Shown here piece after piece: positions 49,977 through 58,658 of a stretch of DNA of 64,000 nt; position 1 is the first letter of the stretch, and every line of letters starts with the position of its first letter. The stretch covers positions 5,235 through 69,234 of the forward strand of contig JAZBNV010000028.1 in assembly GCA_036350795.1 (NCBI GenBank). The letters are read 5' to 3'. The notes beneath the pieces were generated by a model, which worked only from the letters and a program-made list of their open reading frames with translations, had not been told where the DNA came from and searched no databases. The translations under genes were made by a program, and so were the position numbers. The stretch comes from Marinilabiliaceae bacterium. GTDB taxonomy: Bacteria > Bacteroidota > Bacteroidia > Bacteroidales > VadinHA17.

Positions 49977-50894
49977 ATGATATCTATTTGTATTCCGGTT
50001 TATAATTATGATTTAACCTCTCTTGTAAATTGTCTGCATACAGCAATTGAAGATTCAGAGATTTATGGTGAGATCATAATAGGAGCTGATGGTTGCGATA
50101 ATTCTTTCCTGGAATCATATAAGATGTTAACCAGTCTTAATAAGGTAAGATTACATATCTCTGAAAAGAATATTGGCAGGGCAGCCATCAGGAATGAGAT
50201 TACCGCGGCTTCAAAAGGTTCTTTTCTTTTGTTTATCGATGCTGATGCCCTTGTTGTATCGAATGCAAGGGATTATCTTGATCGTTATGTGCAATACCTG
50301 GATTCAGCGCCTGTAATATGCGGCGGAGTACAGTACAGGGAAACAGAGCCCGACGATCCTGACAAATATCTTCGGTGGCGCTATGGTCACTTCAGGGAGA
50401 TGAAAGCGGCAAAAACAAGGAATAAGAAAGCATATGCCTCATTTTCGGGCTTTAATTTTCTTCTTGAAAGATCTGTAGCTGAGAAGATCAGGTTTAATGA
50501 GGAATTTGTTAAGTACGGGCATGAGGACACTCTCTTTGGCTTCCAGCTTTTGAACGCAGGCATTCCTGTCCTTCATATCGATAACTCCCTCCTGCACGAT
50601 GGTCTTGAACCAAACAGAATATTCCTCGGTAAAACAAGCGAAGGCATTGGTAACCTGAGCAAACTATATGATCTGGTAAAAAACAAGAAACAGCTTGGAC
50701 GTGTCGTCAGGCTGGTGAAAGCATACAATTATATAAAGATTCCGGGACTCGACAGGGTGCTCTGTAATATATATTTAAAACGGAGAAGAAGAATTGAAAT
50801 AATTGTAAGATCAAGAAAAACATCACTGCGTATGTTTGATCTCTATAAGCTTTCCCTGTTCTGCTATCACAGGATTAAGAAACCTCTCGACTAG
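49977..50894 (+). CDS. GT2 family glycosyltransferase
   Basis: ISICIPVYN, GRAAIRN, FIDAD and YGHED motifs. Confidence 0.9.
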   Translation: MISICIPVYNYDLTSLVNCLHTAIEDSEIYGEIIIGADGCDNSFLESYKMLTSLNKVRLHISEKNIGRAAIRNEITAASKGSFLLFIDADALVVSNARDYLDRYVQYLDSAPVICGGVQYRETEPDDPDKYLRWRYGHFREMKAAKTRNKKAYASFSGFNFLLERSVAEKIRFNEEFVKYGHEDTLFGFQLLNAGIPVLHIDNSLLHDGLEPNRIFLGKTSEGIGNLSKLYDLVKNKKQLGRVVRLVKAYNYIKIPGLDRVLCNIYLKRRRRIEIIVRSRKTSLRMFDLYKLSLFCYHRIKKPLD

Positions 50895-51376
50895 GGCTTG
50901 CCCCACCTGAACGACCTGCTGTCTATAGCCCTTTCTGTGGCAAGTATTCCATCCAGGTGATCATATTCGTGCTGTATTAATTCTGCCATATCATCACTTA
51001 AATCCCATTCCTCCTTTTCCCAGTTGAGATTCATAAACGAGATTCTCAGGTGCTTATGCCTCAGTACCTTCACAAAAAGATCAGGAAAACTCATACAATC
51101 ATCCCAAAGCTCCATCATTTCGTCGCTTGCATATTCTATTTTCGGGTTAATTAACAGGTACCTGCTGTCGGTATCTATAGCTATAACCCTTTTCAGCAAT
51201 CCTGTTTGTGGTGCTGCAATTGCCCTTCCCCTTCCGTAAACATCCCTGAATTCCCTTATTAGTCTCCACATCAGGTCGAAATGTGGAAGCAGCTCTTCTA
51301 CTTCATCCCTTCTGAGTTCCAGGGATTTTTTATACAATATCGGATCACCGATCTTCCTTATTTCACTCAGGCTCAT
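50891..51376 (-). CDS. def: Peptide deformylase (variant motifs)
   Basis: GDPIL, GRAIAAPQ, DDCMS and QHEYDHLDG. Confidence 0.85.
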   Translation of the reverse strand: MSLSEIRKIGDPILYKKSLELRRDEVEELLPHFDLMWRLIREFRDVYGRGRAIAAPQTGLLKRVIAIDTDSRYLLINPKIEYASDEMMELWDDCMSFPDLFVKVLRHKHLRISFMNLNWEKEEWDLSDDMAELIQHEYDHLDGILATERAIDSRSFRWGKP

Positions 51377-52485
51377 AATGTATCCCGGTATTTAATTTGC
51401 ATATGATCTGCCCTGGTGCCGTCGCCAAGCAAATATCCTCCCAGGGCTTCAGCCGTAAGACATGAGTGTACAGGTATAATATATACAAGATCACCTATTG
51501 AGACAGATCCCGGCACTCCGTCACTGTACCTCAAAATGCCATGCTCCTGTGACAGGCTTTCAAGATAAACAGGCTCAGAAGGAAGTGCCCGGCCATCTCC
51601 ATTTTTCCCGATAAGCAATCCATATACCTTTCGTCCCTCCGTTTCGGCATATTCTTTTGAGAAATGAATTCCTCCTCCATAAATTACCACCCTGGACCTG
51701 TCAGAGGAGATATCTGCAACAGGACAGGCTACTCTTACAGCTACCTGGTCAAGCCTGCACGATCCGATAAAATATTGCATCAGATCGTAAAATACAAAAT
51801 TACCGGGTCGCAGTTCATCAATCCCTTTAAACTCATTGCAAACTGATGCCGAGGGTGTGTCACCGACAGATAAAAGCAGTGACGGATCTCCGATACTGTC
51901 TCTTGCATATATAAGTCTTTCGGCAGATAACTCAGAGATCTTCTGTATTTCTTCCCTGCTTTTTGCTTTGTAGGTGTTGCCTGAGTGTGTCATCAGGCCT
52001 TTTATACTTATATACTTACACTGCTTAAGAATCCGGTATGTCTCACGAAGGCCGGCTGAATTGTCCCATAAGCTGCCTGATCTGCCATAACCTGTATCAG
52101 TTTTGATCATAACACTGACCTTAAAATTGCAGTCCCTTGCAAGCAGTTCGGCCGACTGCGGGCCTGTTATGCACAGGCCAAGATTTGTTTTACCCGCCAG
52201 GTCTCTTATCTCATTCACTTCCATGGGATTATACGGGAAAGCAATAAGAATATCTTCCCATCCATCCTTACAAAAATATTCAGCCATTCTTACAGATGAA
52301 ACACATATTTTATCAACTCCGTATTCCCTGAACCATCTTCCTGTTTTATGCGACTGGTGAGTTTTGAAATGAGGTCTGAAAGTAAGACCCATTGCAGCAG
52401 TTTTTTCGGTCATTTCCCTTATGTTCTTCCTGCAAAGGGCCTCATCCAGTAATAAGGTAGGAGTTTTTATTGTCATATTGCCCAC
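51373..52485 (-). CDS. PLP-dependent alanine-racemase-fold enzyme (D-threonine aldolase / DSD1 family)
   Basis: TPTLLLD, FRPHFKTH, GDTPS, LSQEHG and PVHSCL motifs. Confidence 0.88.
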   Translation of the reverse strand: MGNMTIKTPTLLLDEALCRKNIREMTEKTAAMGLTFRPHFKTHQSHKTGRWFREYGVDKICVSSVRMAEYFCKDGWEDILIAFPYNPMEVNEIRDLAGKTNLGLCITGPQSAELLARDCNFKVSVMIKTDTGYGRSGSLWDNSAGLRETYRILKQCKYISIKGLMTHSGNTYKAKSREEIQKISELSAERLIYARDSIGDPSLLLSVGDTPSASVCNEFKGIDELRPGNFVFYDLMQYFIGSCRLDQVAVRVACPVADISSDRSRVVIYGGGIHFSKEYAETEGRKVYGLLIGKNGDGRALPSEPVYLESLSQEHGILRYSDGVPGSVSIGDLVYIIPVHSCLTAEALGGYLLGDGTRADHMQIKYRDTL

Positions 52486-52575
52486 ATTCTTATGTTACTG
52501 TAAAAGTACTAAAATATAGATATTAAAGTTTGTCTTATTCTCTTTGTATATTTGGAATATTAAATTCAGACAGTT

Positions 52576-53916
52576 ATGAGAAGCAGAGTTACAAACTGGA
52601 TAAGGGTTAAGCTTAAATATATTACCGAAGACATCTGGCACATACCCCTGGGCGATCTGCCCCGAAGGCAATCATTCCTGATAAGGGAAATCAGGATTAT
52701 AGTGCTTGCCTTTAAAGGCTTTACAGAAGATAAAGTACAGTTGAGGGCATCGGCTCTGACTTTTAATACCCTTCTGTCAATTGTACCTATAGCAGCACTT
52801 GCCTTTGGTATAGCACAGGGATTTGGATTTGACAGGAAGCTGGAGACCGAGATTATGAACAGTTTTCATGGTCACGAGAAAGTAATGGAATATGTATTGA
52901 ACCTTGCGCGTGGCTTCTTCGATAAACTTGAGCCTGGCTTAATGGCAATTATCGGACTTGCAATCCTTATCTGGTCGGTGATGCAGGTTTTGAGCCATAT
53001 TGAAAAATCCTTCAACCATATATGGCAGATTAAAAAAGGGCGGCCCTGGGGCAGGAAGTTTGCAGATTACCTTTCAATTATGATTATAGCACCGGTATTT
53101 CTTATCCTGTCGGGAAGTGTTACTGTCCTTATCTCTACCATGCTGGAAGAGTTTTCTGCCAGGATAGGAGTTTTAAACAGTCTCAAACCTGCAATTGTCT
53201 TTCTTCTGAGATTCACTCCCTTCTTTATTATGTGGACTGTATTTACACTATTGTACCTTGTAATGCCAAATACACGGGTTAAATTCAGATCAGCCCTCGT
53301 TGCCGGTATTATTGCCGGTACAATATTCCAGATAGTGCAGATTCTATATATTAATTTCCAGGTAGGTGTTTCAAAGTATAATGCAATATACGGGAGTTTC
53401 GCAGCTTTTCCACTGTTTATTATCTGGATGCAGATAAGCTGGCTTATAGTTCTCCTGGGAGCTGAGCTTTCTTTTGCTAATCAGAATGTCCATAAGTATG
53501 AATTTGAATATTCTTCACTTAAAATAAGCGATGGCCAGATAAGGCACTTGCTTCTTATGATATTAAGCCTGGTTGTAACACGGTTCAGGAGCGGAGAATC
53601 TGCGCTTTCGGCAACAGAGATTTCACGACGCTTCCAGGTTCCGGTAAGGATAACCAGGGAGGTGCTTTACAGGCTCACCCAGGCTTCATTATTAACAGAG
53701 ATCCAGGTTGAATACCCCAAGGAGAGAATTTACCAGCCAGCAGTAGATCCTTCGCTGCTCACTATCCATTATGTATTGTCGAAGATCGACAATGTGGGCA
53801 CAGTCGATTTGCCTGTTCTCAAGGACAAAGAGTTTAACAGAATAGCACAAATCCTGGCTTCGTTCTCAGAAAAGATAAAAGATTCTGAAGAGAACATACC
53901 CTTATACGCCCTCTGA
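52576..53916 (+). CDS. YihY/BrkB family membrane protein with C-terminal winged helix
   Basis: ASALTFNTLLSIVP, IEKSFNHIW and YNAIYGSFAA motifs; TATATTTG box upstream. Confidence 0.9.
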   Translation: MRSRVTNWIRVKLKYITEDIWHIPLGDLPRRQSFLIREIRIIVLAFKGFTEDKVQLRASALTFNTLLSIVPIAALAFGIAQGFGFDRKLETEIMNSFHGHEKVMEYVLNLARGFFDKLEPGLMAIIGLAILIWSVMQVLSHIEKSFNHIWQIKKGRPWGRKFADYLSIMIIAPVFLILSGSVTVLISTMLEEFSARIGVLNSLKPAIVFLLRFTPFFIMWTVFTLLYLVMPNTRVKFRSALVAGIIAGTIFQIVQILYINFQVGVSKYNAIYGSFAAFPLFIIWMQISWLIVLLGAELSFANQNVHKYEFEYSSLKISDGQIRHLLLMILSLVVTRFRSGESALSATEISRRFQVPVRITREVLYRLTQASLLTEIQVEYPKERIYQPAVDPSLLTIHYVLSKIDNVGTVDLPVLKDKEFNRIAQILASFSEKIKDSEENIPLYAL

Positions 53917-54606
53917 TTCTTTCTTGCCTGCCGAAGACTTAAGGTAATTTATCATTTCCATAAAACTCTCCCAATGAAAGAAAGGGTAGTGGGGGAGTTC
54001 AAGGCTTACAAGACTGGTGCTTTCTCTTTTCGACCAGTACCCTCTTACATTCTTATAGGGAAAAATCCTGTCACCGGGTGAGGCAACTGCAATGTCCCAC
54101 CTGTACTTCAGATCATTTGTTTCCATTATCCTGTTATACATCCAACGCAGTTCTTCCCTGAATGAGTCTACACTCCTTCGTGATGTACGGTCCCTGTACT
54201 TATCCAGTGTTGTCTTGTCCCCAAAGAGCCTCAGGTTAAACTTCTCCATGCCCTGGTCGCTCAGCTTGTTAAGAGTACCCTCGAAAATATCAAGCGGAAC
54301 CCCGTAAAGGTCATCAGCAGGAACCGGCGTTCCATTAATGGCAATCGACAGGTCGGGCTCCAGTCCCATTGAGGATGAAAGGTACTCAGCAGCCCAGATA
54401 CCCAGCGACCATCCAATAAGGGTAATATGCTCGTAGGTCTTTTCTTCTGGCAGAATAAGGGGCTCATCAGCCGAATAGTTATAATAAAGAATAAGGTCGT
54501 GTTCATGCGTGCATAAAGGCAGGAATGCATTCTGGTCGGTTCCCCATCCGCCAAAAACAATGATCAGGTTAGTGTTAGCCTCTCTTCTGCGTATATAGGT
54601 CTTCAT
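53902..54606 (-). CDS. DUF452 / BioG-type pimeloyl-ACP methyl ester esterase
   Basis: FGGWG, GWSLG nucleophile elbow, AINGT and C-terminal PHYPF. Confidence 0.8.
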   Translation of the reverse strand: MKTYIRRREANTNLIIVFGGWGTDQNAFLPLCTHEHDLILYYNYSADEPLILPEEKTYEHITLIGWSLGIWAAEYLSSSMGLEPDLSIAINGTPVPADDLYGVPLDIFEGTLNKLSDQGMEKFNLRLFGDKTTLDKYRDRTSRRSVDSFREELRWMYNRIMETNDLKYRWDIAVASPGDRIFPYKNVRGYWSKRESTSLVSLELPHYPFFHWESFMEMINYLKSSAGKKESEGV

Positions 54607-54660
54607 TAAATAAGGAATGAAAAAAGATCATGCAAATATAGTGATGAATGATATAAATAG

Positions 54661-54835
54661 AAAAAGAGGAGAAAAACTGGTCGATGTTACAGGGAACGGG
54701 TGCGTTTTTTCGACCCGGAATCTACTGTCTGATAAAAGAAAGGCGTAGTGCCTAATTTGAAAGTCAATGTCTGCAATACAATCCTGCCTTCACCTAACCA
54801 ATATGTTTTATCTCCTCTTTCAGCTCTAAGAGCCG
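54661..54835 (-). ncRNA. Probable 6S-like RNA (Bacteroidales-1 type)
   Basis: Own TATATTTG promoter (54841-54848, minus); terminal stem AAAGAGGAGA / TCTCCTCTTT enclosing about 160 nt, followed by a U-tract; no ORF in the track. Confidence 0.6.
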
Positions 54836-55047
54836 TCTAACAAATATAAATGATTAAATTAAAAATTCAAAAAAATATTGCAGAACATTTAAAATATCAG
54901 GGGCTTCTTATTTGCTGAACACCTCCCTAACCTGCCCCTGGTGCACAATAGGAGATAAAATACATTTTGCCATGTAAAAATTGATATAAACCATTTTTTT
55001 GATAGAACTTCTGGATTACATTTGTGATTAAACATAAAAACACACCT

Positions 55048-56847
55048 ATGACCATTATTGAAAAGATACTTGCTGCCCACTCCAAACATGCAAGTGTTAA
55101 AGCAGGAGATATTATTGATGTTGAAATAGACGCACGGGCTGCACGCGACTTCGGGGGAGCCAATGTTGTAAAGAATATCAGGGAATATGGCCTAGATATT
55201 GACGACAGCGAAAAGACCATGTTTACCTTCGATTGTAATCCGACAGGTTCGGATCAGAAATATGCTGTAAATCAGCATATATGTCGTCTGTTTGCCCGCG
55301 AAAAGGGTATCAGGGTATATGATATTGATGCCGGCATTGGCACTCATATACTTATTGACGAAGGCTATGTTTACCCTGGAGCAACTGCTGTATCAACCGA
55401 TTCGCATGCTAATATTCTTGGGGCTGTCGGAGCTTTTGGCCAGGGAATGGGCGATATGGATATTGCTGCATCATGGAACAAGGGTAAGGTCTGGTTCAAG
55501 GTTCCTGAAAGTGTTAAGATAATTCTAAAGGGCAGTGTGGGAGCAAATGTAATGGCAAAGGATATAGTGCTTAACCTTCTAAAGGAGTTTGGCGCAAATA
55601 CTCTTCTTGGCTATTCAATAGAATTATATGGGGCGGCTATTGATTTGCTCGACCTGGATGACAGGATTACTATTGCATCGATGGCTACTGAGATGGGAGC
55701 TATTATTATATTAATACCTCCAAACAAGCAGGTTGTAGACTACTGTATGAAACGCGCAAAAAGGAAATTTGAAGCTGTTTATGCAGATGATAATGCTGAA
55801 TACACTAAGGTGTATGAGCTTGATGCAGCAACATTTGAGCCTATGGTTTCGAGACCTGGCAAACCGCATGATACGGTTGCAATACCTCTTGTAAAAGGAA
55901 TAAAAATAGATTCCGCTTTTATCGGCAGCTGCACAAACGGCCGGATAGAGGATATGCGGGCCACTGCAAGGGTACTTGAAGGTAAAAAAGTGGCTCCGGG
56001 TGTCATTCTGAAAATAGTCCCGGCTACCGATGATGTATGGAAGCAGTGTCTTGATGAAGGTCTTATCGATATCTTCAAGAAAGCCGGTGCACTGGTTTCG
56101 AATGCCGGCTGTGCAGGATGTGCTGCCGGACAGGTTGGACAAAACGGTCCGGGCGAGATTACAATAAGTACCGGTAATCGTAATTTTCCGGGTAAGCAGG
56201 GTAAGGGTGATGTTTATCTTGCCTCTCCGTCAACAGTTGCTGCCTCAGCTATTGCCGGGGTAATTACCTCAGCAGACAGTATACCTGAAAAGGCTGCTCT
56301 GCCGCAAATACCGCTTGCTCCGCCCGGGATAAAAACACGGGCAAAACGAAATACCGGGGCAGTCAAGCAGAAAATCTCAGGTCGCTGCTGGATAATCAAT
56401 GAAGACAATATTGATACCGATATGATCTTTCATAACAGGTACCTTGCAATTACCGATATAAACGAAATGGGACAGTATACCTTTGATAACCTGCCGGGCT
56501 ATGAGAATTTTGCCCGTGAAGCCAGGAAGGGAGATATTGTTTTTGCAGGTAAGAATTTCGGGTCAGGCTCTTCGCGTCAGCAGGCTGTCGACTGCTTCAG
56601 GGCACTGGGCATACAGGCTATAGTTGCAGAATCATTTGGTGCTATATACGAACGAAATGCAATTAATGCAGCATTCCCCCTGCTTAGCTATTCATCTCTT
56701 GGCGAACTTGAGCTAAAAACAGGCGACGAGGTATCGCTGGATTTAAAAACAGGAGAACTGCTGAATAATACAAACATGAAGAAAATTTATATTAACCCCT
56801 TCAGTGAGGTTCAGATGGATATCTACATGAACGGGGGTCTTTTATAG
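55048..56847 (+). CDS. Fused large+small subunit aconitase-family dehydratase (LeuC-LeuD / homoaconitase-like), copy 1
   Basis: DSHAN, GSCTNG, CAGC, STGNRNF, NIDTD and NFGSGSSRQ. The TACATTTG box at 55017-55024 favours ATG 55048. Confidence 0.88.
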   Translation: MTIIEKILAAHSKHASVKAGDIIDVEIDARAARDFGGANVVKNIREYGLDIDDSEKTMFTFDCNPTGSDQKYAVNQHICRLFAREKGIRVYDIDAGIGTHILIDEGYVYPGATAVSTDSHANILGAVGAFGQGMGDMDIAASWNKGKVWFKVPESVKIILKGSVGANVMAKDIVLNLLKEFGANTLLGYSIELYGAAIDLLDLDDRITIASMATEMGAIIILIPPNKQVVDYCMKRAKRKFEAVYADDNAEYTKVYELDAATFEPMVSRPGKPHDTVAIPLVKGIKIDSAFIGSCTNGRIEDMRATARVLEGKKVAPGVILKIVPATDDVWKQCLDEGLIDIFKKAGALVSNAGCAGCAAGQVGQNGPGEITISTGNRNFPGKQGKGDVYLASPSTVAASAIAGVITSADSIPEKAALPQIPLAPPGIKTRAKRNTGAVKQKISGRCWIINEDNIDTDMIFHNRYLAITDINEMGQYTFDNLPGYENFAREARKGDIVFAGKNFGSGSSRQQAVDCFRALGIQAIVAESFGAIYERNAINAAFPLLSYSSLGELELKTGDEVSLDLKTGELLNNTNMKKIYINPFSEVQMDIYMNGGLL

Positions 56848-56871
56848 TATTACCAATAAATTAATTATCCA

Positions 56872-58653
56872 ATGTCAGCAAGAACCTTTGTCGAAAAAAT
56901 TTTCAATGCACCTGCCGGAACAATAGTATTTGCCAGGCCGGATATTGTCCTAACACACGATAATACAGCCAGTATCTTTAACACTTTCACAAAAATGAAG
57001 GGTGAAAAAGTGTTTGATCCCGATCAGTTGCTGATTGTGCTCGATCATAATGCTCCTCCCACCAGTGCGAAACTGGCCACGCAATACCAGGATATCAGGA
57101 ATATCGTGGCAAAACAGTCAATAAATAAATTCTATGATGTAGGCAAGGGTATCTGCCACCAGATAATGTCGTACCATGCCAGGCCTGGAATGATAATAGT
57201 GGGCAGCGACAGCCATACCTGTACAGCAGGGGCTTTCAATGCCATGGCCGCCGGAATAGACAGGACCGAGTCGGCAGGCATCTGGAAAAGAGGAGAGACA
57301 TGGTTCAGGGTACCCGAAAGCATGAAGATTACCCTGAACGGCAGTTTGCAGGAGGGAGTATTTGCAAAGGATCTCTCTCTCTTTATTATAGGTTTGATAA
57401 AATCTGACGGGGCAAATTATATGTCTATCGAGTACCATGGCGAAGGAGTTAAAACCCTCGGTATTTCTGATCGCATGACACTTGCCAACCTGGCTTCGGA
57501 GATGGGAGCAAAAAATGCTGTTTTCCCGGCCGACGAGGTACTTGAGGATTTCCTGGGAGAAAGACCGGCAAATGCAGTGTGGGCTGATAAAGATGCACAC
57601 TACCATACAGAAATTACAATCGACATGGATTCAATTCCGCCACTTGTAGCGGCACCGCATCATGTTGATAATGTTAAAACGGTCAGTGATGTTGAAGGTA
57701 TCGAGGTACACCAGGGACTTATCGGAACCTGCACAAATGGTCGCATCGAAGATCTCAGGGAAGCGAACAGGATACTCAGGGGCACTAAGGTTAAAGAAGG
57801 ATTCCAGCTGCTGGTTATACCCGCTTCCCAGAAGATATACCTTCAGGCTATTGAGGAGGGCATAGTAAATGATATGATTGAGGCAGGAGCAAATATCCTT
57901 GCCCCCAGCTGTGGACCCTGCCTTGGAACAGGTCAGGGGATACCTGCCGATGGTGCCAGGGTAATTTCCACTGCCAACAGAAATTTTCTGGGGCGCATGG
58001 GAAATAAGGAAGCTGAGATTTACCTGGCATCACCTGCTACGGTAGCTATGTCGGCCATCTATGGAAAGATAAGCGATCCCAGGGGAAGAAGCTATAAAGA
58101 CAGTTTTGATTTCGGAACAACAGGAGACACAGGTGACAGCGGTGTAATCACTGACGACAGGTTAAAGGGAAATGTGTGGGACTATACCGACGTTCACAAT
58201 ATGAACACCGACCAGATGTTTGCCGGCAACCTTACCTATAACATACTCAGCTCCGATGCAGATGCAATTATGCCCCACCTCTTCAAGGGCTTTGATGAAA
58301 GCTTCAGCGACAGGGTGGCTGCCGGACAGATGATCCTGGCCGGTGAGAACTTTGGTTGCGGCTCTTCGCGCGAGCATCCTGCAGTTGGACTGGCGAATGC
58401 CGGGATTAATGCCGTTATTGTAAAATCCGTAAACCGGATATTCTATCGCTCGGCAATAAACCAGGGACTGCCTCTGATTGTGCTTCCTGAAGCAGTTGAT
58501 GCCTATAAACCCGGAGATAAAGTGCTTATCGATTTTTCTTCAGGTACAGTTATGGTAGGAGATCATACAATCAGGTTTGAACCACTGCCTGACAAGCTGA
58601 ATGAGATAATCAGGAAGAAAGGACTGGTTAACTGGATATCTGAATCATCATAG
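56872..58653 (+). CDS. Fused large+small subunit aconitase-family dehydratase (homoaconitase-like), copy 2
   Basis: LTHDNT, DSHT, GTCTNG, CGPC, STANRNF, NMNTD and NFGCGSSRE motifs. Confidence 0.88.
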   Translation: MSARTFVEKIFNAPAGTIVFARPDIVLTHDNTASIFNTFTKMKGEKVFDPDQLLIVLDHNAPPTSAKLATQYQDIRNIVAKQSINKFYDVGKGICHQIMSYHARPGMIIVGSDSHTCTAGAFNAMAAGIDRTESAGIWKRGETWFRVPESMKITLNGSLQEGVFAKDLSLFIIGLIKSDGANYMSIEYHGEGVKTLGISDRMTLANLASEMGAKNAVFPADEVLEDFLGERPANAVWADKDAHYHTEITIDMDSIPPLVAAPHHVDNVKTVSDVEGIEVHQGLIGTCTNGRIEDLREANRILRGTKVKEGFQLLVIPASQKIYLQAIEEGIVNDMIEAGANILAPSCGPCLGTGQGIPADGARVISTANRNFLGRMGNKEAEIYLASPATVAMSAIYGKISDPRGRSYKDSFDFGTTGDTGDSGVITDDRLKGNVWDYTDVHNMNTDQMFAGNLTYNILSSDADAIMPHLFKGFDESFSDRVAAGQMILAGENFGCGSSREHPAVGLANAGINAVIVKSVNRIFYRSAINQGLPLIVLPEAVDAYKPGDKVLIDFSSGTVMVGDHTIRFEPLPDKLNEIIRKKGLVNWISESS

Positions 58654-58658
58654 GCATC

